The notes: generated by a model from the sequence alone, not told the origin. Numbered from the stretch's first letter, positions 28,431-42,775 are shown. The stretch is DNA of 64,000 bases from Eledone cirrhosa (GCA_964016885.1 OZ024748.1:5952001-6016000); one strand, 5' to 3'. Numbers and translations: made by a program.

Positions 28431-30078
28431 AACTATGTTAGAGGGATAACAAATTTGTTTCTATACACAAATCAGGGTGGATTCAGTTAGAAACTGATTA
28501 GACTATTACTCAACAGAGTATTCAATACTTGGGTTGGTAAAGTGTGTTTATATTATAAATAGCCATGACCCGACAGCTAAGCTGTTTCCGTTTCAACAGC
28601 TTGTTCCAGATTCTACAACTAGCTATTGAAACACCATATCTATGTAGGAGTGTGTGTGTATATATACACTTTTTAATCAAATATCTAAAATATGTGAAAA
28701 CAATATTTTACATTCTAAATTGTATTGAGATGAGTATAGGTTATTTCATTCACCCCAATTGACTTCATTTGTTTATTCATTGAGCTTACAAAAGAAAAAA
28801 CAAAAAAAAAACAATATGAGGTTTGGTGAAGTCGAGAAATGAACCCATTCAGAACTGCTCCGAAAATTGCGTAGACAAAAGTATATATTTTAAAAGACAA
28901 TTTTTTCTTCCACCATATTTGTCAACAAACCGTTCTCTTCAACTTCGCTAAACTATCGATCTGTTAATATGTTTGTTTATGATTTGTGTTCATAAGACAG
29001 TTTTCCCGCTCTTTTCCAATGACTGCTTCTTAAATCTTTTGAATAAAAATGTTAAATTTTTTCAACGACATACAACAACATAGAACTAATGTCGACGGTG
29101 CTTCAGCTCCGCTGTGTAATGAGGCGAACTCTGATTACAATAAAAACATTCTTTTAAAAAGAAGAAATGAAAAATAATTAAATAAAGATAAAATAAAATA
29201 AAAAAAGGAAAATAATTGAAAAAAAAAAAAAATTACTAATTCTAATGAGAGAAATTTTCTGCTTTGTTGAGAGTGATACAAAAGAAGAATAGTTTAGATG
29301 TATTAAAATATTATTATCATTATCATTAATATTAATATTATTATTATCATTTTAATACATCCAATTAAGCTAATACATCAGTGATAAAAGGATTTTAAAT
29401 TTCAATTTTTCGGTTCAACTATCAAGGTTGTTTATATTTATATTTATATTTATATTTATAATTCTCTATTTTGTTTTTTGTTTGTTTAAAAAGATTTTCT
29501 GTTATTTCTTGAAATTTTTATCGTTTTCTTCTCCTTCTTCTCTTGGTTTTTTTCTTCTTCTTCATATTCTGATGTTATTTGCTTTGAAATATCTTCTTTC
29601 GTTTCCTGTATCAACAAATTCTTACTCACATTCTTCTCATTCAGAATCGTCGTCGTCGTCGTCGTCGTCGTCTTCTTCTTCTTCTTCTTCTTCTTCTTCT
29701 TCTTCTTCTTCTTCTTCTTCTTCTTCTTCTTCTTCTTCTTCTTCTTCTTCTTCTTCTTCTTCTTCTTCTTCTTCTTCTTCTTCTTCTTCTTCTTCTTCTT
29801 CTTCTTCTTCTTCTTCTTCTTCTTCTTCTATTCCCTCCTCGCATATCATTATTTTCATTATTTTCCTAATATTTTTAATAATTGCTTTTTCAGGTTGTTG
29901 TCAATATTGTTGTAGATGTTGTTATTATCAACATCATCCACATCATCATCATCTTTATATTAATTGTTTTTTATGAATCACATTATCAACATTACACTTA
30001 TCCCTCAAGTGGTAATAAGGACAATAACAAGTTCTACTACAATTTATATCACTGTCCATCACATACACAAAAGCACAC

Positions 30079-30116
<38 letters not shown>

Positions 30117-30163
30117 TCAGACACACATTCACATATATGCATATATATATACTCAAACACACA

Positions 30164-30232
<69 letters not shown>

Positions 30233-30245
30233 TCAGACACACACT

Positions 30246-30323
<78 letters not shown>

Positions 30324-30483
30324 CATGTATATAATGCTTCGACATGTGTTTGGCAAGTATTTATTATATTTATATTATTTAATAGATTCTAAAGCGATTA
30401 ATACATCAGAAGTTAATATTCCTGTTGTTTTGATCGAAACGTTTGTCATACAATTAAATAACATTATCTAATGAAATCCTGGT

Positions 30484-30515
<32 letters not shown>

Positions 30516-30653
30516 AAGGTTAAACAAGGTTCAATGAATAAATCAAAGAATGAGTTTTACAAAGGATTGGAAGCACTCAACAGTATTGGTTTTCGCGAGT
30601 TATTAATATTAATTAAAAATATTAACAAATATAGAACTTCTTGTGATCAAGTA

Positions 30654-30720
30654 TATTTTATTATACATATTTCAGAGGTACTGAACTAACTTCAACAGTA
30701 CATCCTCATCAGATAAAATA
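30654..30720 (-). ncRNA. Type I hammerhead ribozyme motif
   Basis: Minus strand: TATTTTAT CTGATGA GGATGTACTG TTGAAGTTAGTT CAGTACCTCT GAAA TATGTA TA ATAAAATA. Helix I has 8 bp and helix II pairs 9 of 10. Confidence 0.8.
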
Positions 30721-30803
30721 AGATGATGCATGACATACCCTGACATAGTAGATAGTTAAGATCCAGTCATATCTACTATGTCAGGCTATGTCATGCATCA
30801 TCT

Positions 30804-30873
30804 TATTTTATCTGATGAGGACGACGTACTGTTGAAGTTAGCTCAGTACCTCTGAAATATGTATAATAAAATA
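30804..30873 (+). ncRNA. Type I hammerhead ribozyme motif
   Basis: TATTTTAT CTGATGA GGACGACGTACTG...CAGTACCTCT GAAA TATGTA TA ATAAAATA. Confidence 0.8.
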
Positions 30874-30990
30874 TACTTGATCACAAGAAGTTCTATTTTT
30901 GTTAATATTTTGAATTTATATATATATATAAGTTTGCATGACTCTATGACAAAGTTGGCCATACGGCGTAGGGTCTGACAATATATATAT

Positions 30991-31024
<34 letters not shown>

Positions 31025-31160
31025 ATATATATATAAATGGATGTAATGTTATTGAGTCCATTGTTGAACTTATAACTTGATATTAATGACAGTAGATGTA
31101 GATATTACTGGGATTTTTGTCCTTCAGTTAATCTTAGCATTAGTGTAAATACTCCCTATA

Positions 31161-31202
<42 letters not shown>

Positions 31203-31302
31203 AAATGAGGTTCACATTAAGGTTTCTATTGGAAAAACAGTTACGACAGTCGCACAGATGGGTAGCTCAGGATCTAAATTCTACATATATATATATATAT
31301 AT

Positions 31303-31427
31303 AACAAAGGAAATGTGGTAAGGAACCAGGTGGACCATAACGCACCAAAGTACTCAATACTTAGGGTAGTAGAGTGGGTAATAGGTCGAAACGGCTTGAG
31401 CTCAGCCGTCGGGGTCCTACTCGTTCC
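31303..31427 (-). mobile_element. Penelope-like short element, family B
   Basis: An ~80-nt tail nearly identical to 42406-42485, then the hammerhead 3' half GAAAC GGCT TGAGCTC AGCC GTC GGGG on the + strand; (TA)n on both sides. Confidence 0.75.
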
Positions 31428-31463
<36 letters not shown>

Positions 31464-31901
31464 GTGTTTGTTTGTGTGTGTGTGTGTGTGTGTGTGCGTG
31501 TGTGTGTGTGTATGTGTTGGAATTGGGTTCAATAGACGAAACGCAGTTTATAAATATTTATTTTCGAAATGTAATAAAGAAAAGGCATTTATATATAAAG
31601 AAAGGAAGATAGAAATAATAGAAAGAAAAACTTAAAGAATTAAATATAAATAATATAGAAGTGAACTATCTAAATTTGGTGTTTATATAGGAGCTGAGAA
31701 AAAAGAAGAAAAAGAATGAATGAGAAAAATGCAAAAAGTAGAAAGAAGGAAAATTATTGTATGTAGAAGTGAAACAATGGAAGTTGACTCTGAATATAAA
31801 TATTCACATATTATTTTCACTCTATTTAGGTATTCACTAAAAGGAATATACACATGTTGAATTACCAACAAATATACGATATATATATATATATATATAT
31901 A

Positions 31902-32070
31902 TATCAAATTTAATAAAATGTTCCATTCGAAAGAAATCATGATTTATTTTGAATGAAAGAGTTCTACTCCTGTAGAAGTAATTTCTATACTAAATTTGAT
32001 GTTTACTCTCTACTAATGTATTGAGTACCATACATACTGTAGTTACCCGGATTAAATCCAGGACTCACAT
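31902..32070 (+). mobile_element. Diverged family A copy
   Basis: TGAATGAAAGAGTTCTACTCCTGTAGAAG...GTATTGAGTACC...GTTACCCGGATT matches the reverse complement of the family A arm and tail; a short inverted arm lies upstream. Confidence 0.6.
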
Positions 32071-32096
32071 GTATATATATATAATTCTTATTATCA

Positions 32097-32290
32097 TTGG
32101 CAGTATCGGTGGAGCGTGGGATACTATGTTTTGTGGCATGTAGTTATGGCCCTTTATGTACTGAGTTCAAATCCTGCCGGGCCTTTCAACCTTACGGGGG
32201 TCGATAAACTAAAGCACCAGTAATGAACTGGGGTCGATTTAATCGACGTTCCCCTCCCTTCAAAATGCTGGCCTTGTGCCAATAGTAGTA
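32097..32290 (+). mobile_element. SINE family 1 (first of tandem pair)
   Basis: GGCAGTATCGGT...GAGTTCAAATCC...GGGGTCGATAAA...GCTGGCCTTGTGCCAATAGTAG. Confidence 0.85.
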
Positions 32291-32298
32291 AGCATTAT

Positions 32299-32470
32299 TT
32301 GACAGTATCGGTAGAGGGTCGGACGCCATGCTTTGCAGCAAAGAGTTACGGCCCTTTATGGTCTGACTTCAAATCTCGCTTAGGTTAACTTTGCCTTTCA
32401 TCCTTACAGAGTCGATAAAATAAAGTACCAGTAATACACTGGGATATTTGCTGACCTTGTGAAAAGTAGT
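32299..32470 (+). mobile_element. SINE family 1 (second of tandem pair)
   Basis: CAGTATCGGTAGAGGGTCGGACGCCATGC...GCCTTTCATCCTTAC...GTACCAGT. Confidence 0.88.
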
Positions 32471-32657
32471 AGTAATCATTATTACATAGAAACAAGTTTA
32501 ATCTTATATTGAGAACATTTTGGCAGTAACTAGAACCTTTTTCTTTTTCATTTCTTGTAAAACTGCAAACAAAATATTTGAAAATTTCAATAAATCTCTG
32601 AAGTAAATTTCCCTACCAAATGTCCACAAACACACTCAACACAACCATAAATATTTA

Positions 32658-32774
<117 letters not shown>

Positions 32775-33159
32775 GTGTGTTTGTGACTATGAAAATAATA
32801 GTAATAATAATTGATATTACTTTCTTTGCTTTTGTTTGCTCCGAAGAAAATCTCGCTTTATTTTAATATAAACAAGAAAACATTAATAGATAATGGGAAG
32901 AGTATAGAAAGGTTAAATAATGGGAATAATAATTGTTTCTCAATTAATCAAGAGTCATTAAACAGGAGGTTAATATCCCTTGCATTACCAGACCCCGATA
33001 TTGCTTCAATCCCCAGTCGATGGTCTCTACGTTCGCTTACATCTCTATTTAACACAAACAACACATAACCACATTCACACACTGAGACAGACATATACAC
33101 ACACACATACTCGCTAGCTCTCTCTCCCACATGCACATACGCACACACATATATATATA

Positions 33160-33200
<41 letters not shown>

Positions 33201-33245
33201 TATACATATATATATGTATGTATTTACATATATATATATATATAT

Positions 33246-33335
<90 letters not shown>

Positions 33336-33379
33336 CCGAGAGTGTGTGTGTGTGAGAGAGAGGGAGAGGGAGAGAGAGA

Positions 33380-33475
<96 letters not shown>

Positions 33476-33543
33476 TAACATACTTTGATACAAGATGTTT
33501 CAATATATAATTGTATATATACTTGTCTGTGTCTATGTATGTT

Positions 33544-33574
<31 letters not shown>

Positions 33575-33731
33575 AAAAAAAATCTATACAGACACATTAA
33601 AGCGATTATCTCTTAATTAACCGAACATCCAAGAACAAGTTCAAGTCTTTTCGACTAAAGTTCCTGGTCTGCTTTCGATACTAAGATGAACTCAATCAAA
33701 GCCTAATTAATAAACTAATTATATCTAATAC

Positions 33732-33931
33732 NNNNNNNNNNNNNNNNNNNNNNNNNNNNNNNNNNNNNNNNNNNNNNNNNNNNNNNNNNNNNNNNNNNNN
33801 NNNNNNNNNNNNNNNNNNNNNNNNNNNNNNNNNNNNNNNNNNNNNNNNNNNNNNNNNNNNNNNNNNNNNNNNNNNNNNNNNNNNNNNNNNNNNNNNNNNN
33901 NNNNNNNNNNNNNNNNNNNNNNNNNNNNNNN
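33732..33931. other. Assembly gap (200 N)
   Basis: Run of N, adjoining a (TA)n tract. Confidence 0.99.
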
Positions 33932-33977
<46 letters not shown>

Positions 33978-33986
33978 ATATGTAAT

Positions 33987-34023
<37 letters not shown>

Positions 34024-34838
34024 TTTATCATGTATCAAAACGTTTTATTAATATACTTGTAACACAGAGAATTAATTTTCCTCCCAACCTCAGATCAACT
34101 GATATCTGCTCAAGAAATAGAAAATTCGAAAACGAAGAGATAGATCAACACAGACACATATACACATATACACATATACACATATACACAAACATAGCTA
34201 AGCACACGATCACTCTTTGACATACACACAAAAACACAGACACACACACACACAGACACACACACACACACACAAACACACACACGCTATCACATAAACG
34301 CCCACGAATGCACAAGCACACGAACATGACCATATAAGTGCCTACGATTTCAAACACACACACACAAACACACATACACATTCAAACGCACAGAGAGGGA
34401 GAGATAGAGAAAGAGAGAGAGAAAGAGAGAGAGATAGAAAGAGGCAGAGAAAGAGAGGGAAAGAGAGAGTAAGAGAGAGAGATAGAAAGAGATAGAGAAA
34501 GAGAGAGAGAGATAGAAAGAAGGGGAGAGAGAGAGATAGAAAGAAAGGGAGAGACCGACATACAGATGGACACGTATACAGGCGTGCAGTCGAAAAATGG
34601 CAATTGGTTCACCCCAAAATCGGGAAACAAATAGAAAACAAGAATTTGAAGTTGGATTTAGTTTCTGAAGAGTTGGTCATTTCACCTCAACTGCAATCCT
34701 AAAGAGCTAGACGCCCTCCCCCTCATCTGCCGAGATCTCCACATGTATTCTTGCTTACGACTGACCTGATATTTTCGTCAAGGAAAACTAGCTAAATTCA
34801 CATGGGTGAATATTATCTTTCTCGCTGCTGCTGCTGCT

Positions 34839-34936
<98 letters not shown>

Positions 34937-35113
34937 GCTCTCTCTCTCCCTCTCTCTTTCTCTCTCACACTCTTTCTATCTATCTCTCTCTCTCTCTTTC
35001 TCTCTATCTCTCCCTCTGTACCGCTCTCTCTCTCTCTATCTCTATCTCTCTCACACTCTTTCTCTCTCTCTCTCTCCCTCTGTACCGCTCCCTCTCTCTC
35101 TTTCTCTCTCTCA

Positions 35114-35164
<51 letters not shown>

Positions 35165-35165
35165 C

Positions 35166-35273
<108 letters not shown>

Positions 35274-35504
35274 TATACATATATATGTATATATATATTA
35301 TTAAGCTGTTGGTTTTCTCGCTGCTTCGGTGTCGTGGTTGGGTCTGCCTGCCACAGTTTTCAATTTGTCATGCTATCTAACGAATGTTATTATTCTGAGA
35401 CTCCTCATCGAGTGCTTGGCACCACAATACCTCATTGTATTTCGTTGGATGGCCATAGCCGAAGCTTCGATTTTACCAAACTTTCATTTATATATATATA
35501 TATA

Positions 35505-35785
35505 AGTTTATCCCGTGTTCAATCGGGGGGTAACCAGAGTAAATAAGGTGCTCAATACATAGCAGAGTATAAATATTTAATATAGAAAGGCTTCTACAGG
35601 ACTAGAAATGTTTCATTCGGTAGAAATCATCAGGAAGCAGCTGTCCAAGTAATATGGTGGTTTTTTATATCTCCTACCACAAGAAAAGATATAAATACAA
35701 CCATTTTACTTGGACAGCTGCATCCTAATGATTTCTACTGAATGAAACAGTTCTCGTCCTGTAGAAGCCTTTCTATATTAAATAT
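35505..35785 (-). mobile_element. Penelope-like tail-plus-fold-back element, family A (longer copy)
   Basis: Tail 35505-35572, then arms 35573-35672 and 35687-35785; (TA)n on both sides; homologous to 4193-4388. Confidence 0.8.
35590..35638 (-). ncRNA. Type I hammerhead ribozyme motif
   Basis: Minus strand: GCTTC CTGATGA T TTC TACC GAA T GAAACA TTTCTAGTCC TGT A GAAGC. Helix I has 5 bp and the cleavage triplet is GUA. The mirror arm has CTAATGA (G5A). Confidence 0.7.
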
Positions 35786-35794
35786 ATATATATA

Positions 35795-35893
<99 letters not shown>

Positions 35894-35899
35894 GTTATA

Positions 35900-36622
35900 T
35901 AGTAAGGTGTATTATTGGTTGTGTAAAATGGTCCAATAACTTTATGTTAGCAATATTAAGTTCTCCACGCTTTTGTATATCTCCAATTCCATTCGAGGGA
36001 ACTAGATGATGTAAAACGGAGTATAAGTATCAAAATGAAAATCCGAAGGCAAGGTAAAATTCCAATCATTTAATCACGACACATGTTTCAATAAGAGATA
36101 GATCGATTGTGAAGCCATCAGTCTTCAAATTCTTGATATGAGGGAGAAAAAATAACGATGTTCTCTCACAGAATTCATTCCCTCATATGGAGACACACCA
36201 ATCAGTCAGAGACATGGCGACTGCTATTAGCTTTAGTTGAGATCATAAAAGTGTTCAGATTTCTATCGCTGCAAAAGACACTGGACATCAATCAAATCTG
36301 TAGGGATACAGTCACTCACAGTTAAAAGTGAGTGGGTACACACACACTCCACACCTACATACATCGGCTCGAGGTCAAAGAAAAATATATACATATATAT
36401 ACACACATTAACACAGTATTAAACCCGTGGGTGGGTACACACGTACTTTCACACACACCGAAGCGATGTCCGAGGAAAAAAAAAATATATAATAAAACAA
36501 ATATAATAAAACAAATATAAGAATGTACCAACACAGCACTCACCGAAAGTTAGTTCACAAAGCAACAGAAGCTATGTCGATCAAATCTCAATTTGACGAT
36601 GTAAATTGGAAATATTGGGTTA
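35900..36622 (-). mobile_element. Family C element copy with the hammerhead 5' core deleted
   Basis: Reverse-complement homolog of 50227-50982 including the tail; deletions at ~36118 remove helix I and part of the core. Confidence 0.8.
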
Positions 36623-37049
36623 ACCAACGCTACACACATACACACACACACGCGCCCGCGCAAGTAAGTTCAGTTCAGTGTTCTGCTATACGTGTATAGA
36701 TCGAATTGTAACATCCATATCTTCAAGTGTTTGTTATGGTATATACATATCCGAATCGTCCCCCCCCCAAAAAAAAAGGGGGGGGGGGTTATATTTCCGG
36801 GTATATACACATCCATGTGAAGAGCAAGCAATCAGCTCATGTCGAACTCCGTGTGTACCGCTGTCCCGTTGAGAATCCGTGTCACCAAATCCGTGCGTGC
36901 AAGCAACTGCAATGTGGGCCGGCAAAGGGCTTCGTGTAGGGTTGGGTATTGGGTAAATGCGTCTGCAAGTGCGATTTCCCGTCACATGGGCCAATGAGCT
37001 TTTAAGATAGTTGTTTGAGTAGTGGAGGTGTGTTATCCAACACAGAAGG

Positions 37050-37260
37050 TGAAGAAAACACAGGACAGTAAAATCCAAAGGATGTGTGTAGGCCCATTAA
37101 TGGTGTGTCAGTATTATTGTTCAATCCGTAACAGTGAGTCTTCCATGGTTAGATAATCACGCATCAAAACCTGGTGTAGTGTTCAGTCGGTAGGAACGTG
37201 ACAGTCGTAATTGTGGGAGTTCAATGTCTAAAGGAAACGGGTACTGTGTGTAGAGCTATG
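37050..37260 (-). mobile_element. Possible decayed LINE C-terminal fragment (RTEX-like)
   Basis: My minus-strand translation gives LPQLRLSRSYRLN...LTVTD...WAYTHPLDF with stops. This is reminiscent of L.QLRSG...LN...LW..P LINE C-termini, but the match is weak. Confidence 0.3.
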
Positions 37261-37308
37261 TATAGAGAGCGTAATCGGACCTAACTAGAGAATGGGGGAG
37301 AGAAAGAG

Positions 37309-37380
<72 letters not shown>

Positions 37381-37712
37381 TTCTCTTTCTCTCCCTCATT
37401 CTTACGTGATAGTTCCGTCACTCATCAAATGCGAAAGCTTCAACTCATTTCAATTTCATCATCTTCTATACATCGGTCACAACAGATTCACAAACACACC
37501 GACACACATACGAACAGATGCACAGAGACAGGTGCACAATATTGTAACGAAATCACAATTACACACACACACACACGTATATATATATATATACATATAT
37601 ATTGATGAAAATAGTGCTCGATCTAGTGTAAGAAACGTAAGGTCTGATGACTGAACCACGGTTGCGATCACTCCACCATGCATTCTGCACCACCGCGCCC
37701 AGTGTGTGGAGA

Positions 37713-37758
37713 TGGTCATAACTGGACCTTGAAACCTAACGTAGTGGTTTACTTGTTC

Positions 37759-37816
<58 letters not shown>

Positions 37817-37862
37817 GAACAAGTAAACCACTACGTTAGGTTTCAAGGTCCAGTTATGACCA
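37713..37862. repeat. Perfect palindrome: two 50-bp arms around a (TA)n core
   Basis: TGGTCATAACTGGACCTTGAAACCTAACGTAGTGGTTTACTTGTTCTGAA (37713-37762) and its exact reverse complement (37813-37862). Confidence 0.92.
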
Positions 37863-37876
37863 CTTCCACAGATGAT
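37827..37876 (-). ncRNA. Variant or decayed type I hammerhead motif
   Basis: Minus strand: ATCAT CTGTGGA AGT GGTC ATAACTG GACC TT GAAAC CTAAC GTA GTGGT. Helix I has 5 bp with G-U pairs; the core has A6->U. Confidence 0.45.
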
Positions 37877-38740
37877 GGTATTACATATTTAATGCACTAC
37901 ACAATGAAATTGAGTAATTTGTCTGGTAGGGACTACTCGACAGATTATGGCCTCATGGATTTCGGCCTTTTACTACCAGGTGGGCGATTATTTAAACGTG
38001 ATTGAATTTGGTAATTGTATTTTGTGTGATGTGAGTTTGCTAGCTTATTCTATTTAGCCGTTGAGGATATTTTCGAATAAAATATTATATATTAATGTAA
38101 CATTTTGTAGATTTAAAATAAAACATCATCTATGTACCTTAAGATATTTATAAAAATTACCGGGACACATTTGTATATTTGGAAAATGTACACGGTTAGA
38201 AAACTCAAAGAGAAGGCTCTTCACCAGCGAAACAAATAAAGGACCTTGGAATTTAATTATATTCTTTACGCACCTGTTAGAGAATACGCGTGTAAGAAGT
38301 ACAAATATTAATTTGAAATATATTGAAATTAGAAACTTTTCACTTAACGTGTAGAATATATAGAGCGATATCAATTAATATAGACAAGTTGAACCTATCC
38401 TTCAAGCTCTAAATGTAGTTATTATTGAAAATAGTGTTGCAATATACGAAGTCACCAAAAACAGCTCCATTAACAAATGGTTAAGCGAATATAACCTAAA
38501 GGTTTTGTTAGATCTCAATCGCTTTTGACGAAGAATGTTCCCAAAATCGAATGATTCCAAAAATCGAACAACATGCTTGTGAAATCACCATGTTCTCTTT
38601 TCTGTCATTCATATTTACATCAAAGTTGTCTAAGTGCCAGAAGATGAGGTCACACATTTGATCCCTCTCACAATCTGGCAATAGGGTCAATATTAGGCTT
38701 TGAAACCCTAGGTAGCGATTTTGTTCTGTGTATGAACATA

Positions 38741-38891
<151 letters not shown>

Positions 38892-39139
38892 TGTGTACAC
38901 GTATGTATATATGAGCATTAATATTCATATATAAGACATATAGTTATATATACGTACACACAAATATTCGCACATTTGAATATATATATATATGTGCGTG
39001 TGTGTGTGTGTGCGCGTGTGTGTGTGTGTGTAGACATGGGTGCTTGCCTGAAATATATACAAGCAGTTAAACAATTGTAGATCTGTTTCGTTGGAAGACC
39101 ATTTTTTTCTTTTTTAAAACTGTTCATCCGTAAATATAC

Positions 39140-39170
<31 letters not shown>

Positions 39171-39368
39171 CTTCTTCTTCTTCTTCTTCTTCTTCTTCTT
39201 CTTCTTCTTCTTCTTCTTCTTCTTCTTCGTATTATTATTAAAAATAATAATAATTTAAATTTTTCTTGCCACTAGAGTGTAAATTTCCATCTATATAACT
39301 AACTAGCATGAACACCTATTTTTTTCCTATATACACTCTCTATCACGCTATACCTCACTATATATATA

Positions 39369-39422
<54 letters not shown>

Positions 39423-39974
39423 TTAACATTTCTCATTTTTTTACACATGAGCACATTTAAAATCACCCACTCTTTCTTCCTTTCACTTTCCCTATCTCTT
39501 TCTCTCTCTCTGTGTCTATCTATATTTTGCTTATCTCAAATCCTCCCTCACCTCCACTTCCGCTACATTTCCATTCATTCTCTCTCTTATTTCTACTAAA
39601 GTAAATGGTTGTACACTTAAAAAAAATAACGAAATTATATACCTTACTGATTATTATTTTTTGAAAAGTTCATTTCAAAATTTATCCTACTGGAAACTTT
39701 CATACATCGCTTTTTTAAATTTTCCTTTTTTACTAAACACTTTATTATTATTTTTATTTTGGCCCCCGAAAGATATATCTAATTTGACAGTTACTTGTTT
39801 ACAAAACTTTCATCATAGAATCTTTATTTATATATTTATGTATGCTTTATTTATGTTGTTTATGTTTTCTCTGAGATGCATTTTATTACGTTTTTCGTGT
39901 ATTTTTGGATTTACTTTTGGAAATTGGAAACTTCTATCTATCCTCCCCTTCTCTCTCTCTCTCTCCCTCTCTCC

Positions 39975-40035
<61 letters not shown>

Positions 40036-42024
40036 TGAATATATATATATATGTGTGTGTGTATAATACTACTTTCTATGAGTATGAGAGATATGTAGTA
40101 TTTCTCTGAAGAGTATATGCAATTACACAAGTCACCTATCATATCTTTTTATATATCCCAACATTCCTATACTGTTAAATTAGTTTGCATTAATTAACAT
40201 TTTTTTATTTTTAAGTATTTGTGTCCTAAAAATCCTGTTTCTTCTGTGATGGAATGCCAATTAGAACATCTTTGGTCAGAGGTCCAAACAGGGTTCAATG
40301 ACATCTACAACAACAAATGTAACAAGAACAGCTAAAACTTAAGAACAAATACCAGCAATGACCCGTTTGAAATATACGTCAAAAACTATAATCTTAAAAT
40401 ATTAGACGCGTATTATGCACGTCTTAGATATAGAAATGTATGATTTAACCTTGGTTGGAAACCCAGTGATCCAGTGATCCAGTGATCGATTGTTACTAAA
40501 CAATAGTTTTTACTACCAGTTAAATTCCGAAAACCAAACAATTTTAATAAAAAGCCTCATCTAGTTTTAAATGAAATTATTTTGCTCTGCTAAAATATGA
40601 AACTCTGAATAATGTTTTTCTTTACAATTCATCTCAACACTGTATAGTGTTACCCTAAAATGTTCTTATTCAGACCAATAACACAATCTTCCTGGTTTTT
40701 GTTTCGAATTGTAAATTGCAGAAGAAGGATAAACAAACTGTTGACATTCTAATGATTCAACCGCCATCTTGTATATATATTTCTTTCTAAATTTGAACAC
40801 GCTGAAGTTAGCTAATTCATCTTATTCTTTCATTTTGTCTGATATTAATGTATACAAACAAATATACAAATACAATCCAATATTGTCAGGAGTTCCAGAA
40901 ATTGATGACATTGAGCAAAAGCCCGTGATTACGATGTGCTCATTTGGGAATAAAATAAATTTCGACCCTACTGCAAGAATTATTATTTTTTAAATCTATT
41001 TTTGTTTCCGTTCATTATATTTCAAGGCTGATTATCGCTGTCTAAATTCCAACAAAGAGAACTTGGTCATTCAACCAAAAGAACGTTTCTTATTCTCTTG
41101 AATATATTTCAATGAAAATCAGGAAATATATTTGTAAGAACATAATACTGTATTCATGTAACGCGGTGTATGTATTTGTCTATAGAATATATTATTGTGT
41201 TCGTGCATACATATGTGAAAGTATCCATACATGCATATTAAAAAATATGCACATATTTTATGCAAATTTACTCAAACTTAAAAGAGAAAAACAAAAAAGA
41301 ATTTAACAGGGACTAAGTATGAAAAGTCAAAATTTTTTTTTTAACATTTGAAAAAAAATTCAAAAGGAAAATGACTTTAGCGTAAAAAGAACTAAATGAA
41401 GAAATTAAAAAAGATATATATATATAATAAAATATTAATGAGAAGAATGAAGAAAGGATTTTTAAAATTTGAAATAAGTAAAGAAATTAGGAAAATATAA
41501 GAATTAAAAATGAAGTTTTTTGTCAAAGATGAAATTGAAAGTTGGAAGGCTCGGTTAGATATAAACAAGGATTTTATATTCAAATATAATGAAAAGAAGT
41601 ACAAAGGAGACGAATTGAAGAAGAAGAAGAAGAAGAAGAAGAAGAAGAAGAAGAAGAAGAAGAAGAAGAAGAAGAAGAAGAAGAAGAAGAAGAAGAAGAA
41701 TGAAGGATGCTAAAAGAACTTAGAAAAAAGTTATCATATTTAGGAATTTCAATTTCACTTTCCAGAATGATATCATTTGAAGCTCTCAAAATTCCTATGA
41801 TATATGACATGGATTGTGACAGGAGAGTAAAAGGAGAAAGCGTGAGAATATAATAATGTATTATACTACAAACTACTAGAAGTTCTGCATCGTATGACAA
41901 GTGAATGTATGTATGAGGTTAATCTGGTGTAGCTATGATCGATGATATGCTACGTTATTGGAAGTATACATGAGTCTTTAATTCAAAATCGCATAGGGTT
42001 GCCTCTTAAAAAATATATGCGCGT

Positions 42025-42405
<381 letters not shown>

Positions 42406-42407
<2 letters not shown>

Positions 42408-42580
42408 CGAAGGAAATGTGGTAAGGAACGAGGTGGACCATAACGCACCAAAGTACTCAATACTTAGGGTAGTAGAGTGGGTAATAGGAATGAGTAGGAC
42501 CCCGACGGCTGAGCTCAAGCCGTTTCGACGGCTAATTCTGGACTAAAAATCTTTTTTAGTCCAGAATTAGCCTACTCGTT

Positions 42581-42582
<2 letters not shown>
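42406..42582 (-). mobile_element. Penelope-like short element, family B (with long hairpin)
   Basis: Tail, then the hammerhead 3' half on the minus strand, a 20-bp hairpin (42530-42572) and a short inverted arm CCTACTCGTTCC; (TA)n on both sides. Confidence 0.75.
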
Positions 42583-42627
<45 letters not shown>

Positions 42628-42631
<4 letters not shown>

Positions 42632-42691
42632 ATAATAAATGTGAAGACTAAAATCCGAAGAGGGCTCGATAAATATTATATATATATATAG

Positions 42692-42729
<38 letters not shown>

Positions 42730-42775
42730 ATAATAAATGTGAAGACTAAAATCCGAAGAGGGCTCGATAAAGATT
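42628..42775 (-). mobile_element. Two tandem ~47-bp tail-only inserts separated by (TA)n
   Basis: AGTAATAATAAATGTGAAGACTAAAATCCGAAGAGGGCTCGATAAA occurs twice; its reverse complement is at ~49353-49398. Confidence 0.7.

Larger units (their letters stand above)
30513..30916. mobile_element. Penelope-like tail-plus-fold-back element, family F
   Basis: Unique tail 30513-30610, then arms 30611-30754 and 30770-30916 with a 15-nt loop; (TA)n on both sides. A ~35-bp piece of the same tail sits in (TA)n at ~12776-12810. Confidence 0.8.
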
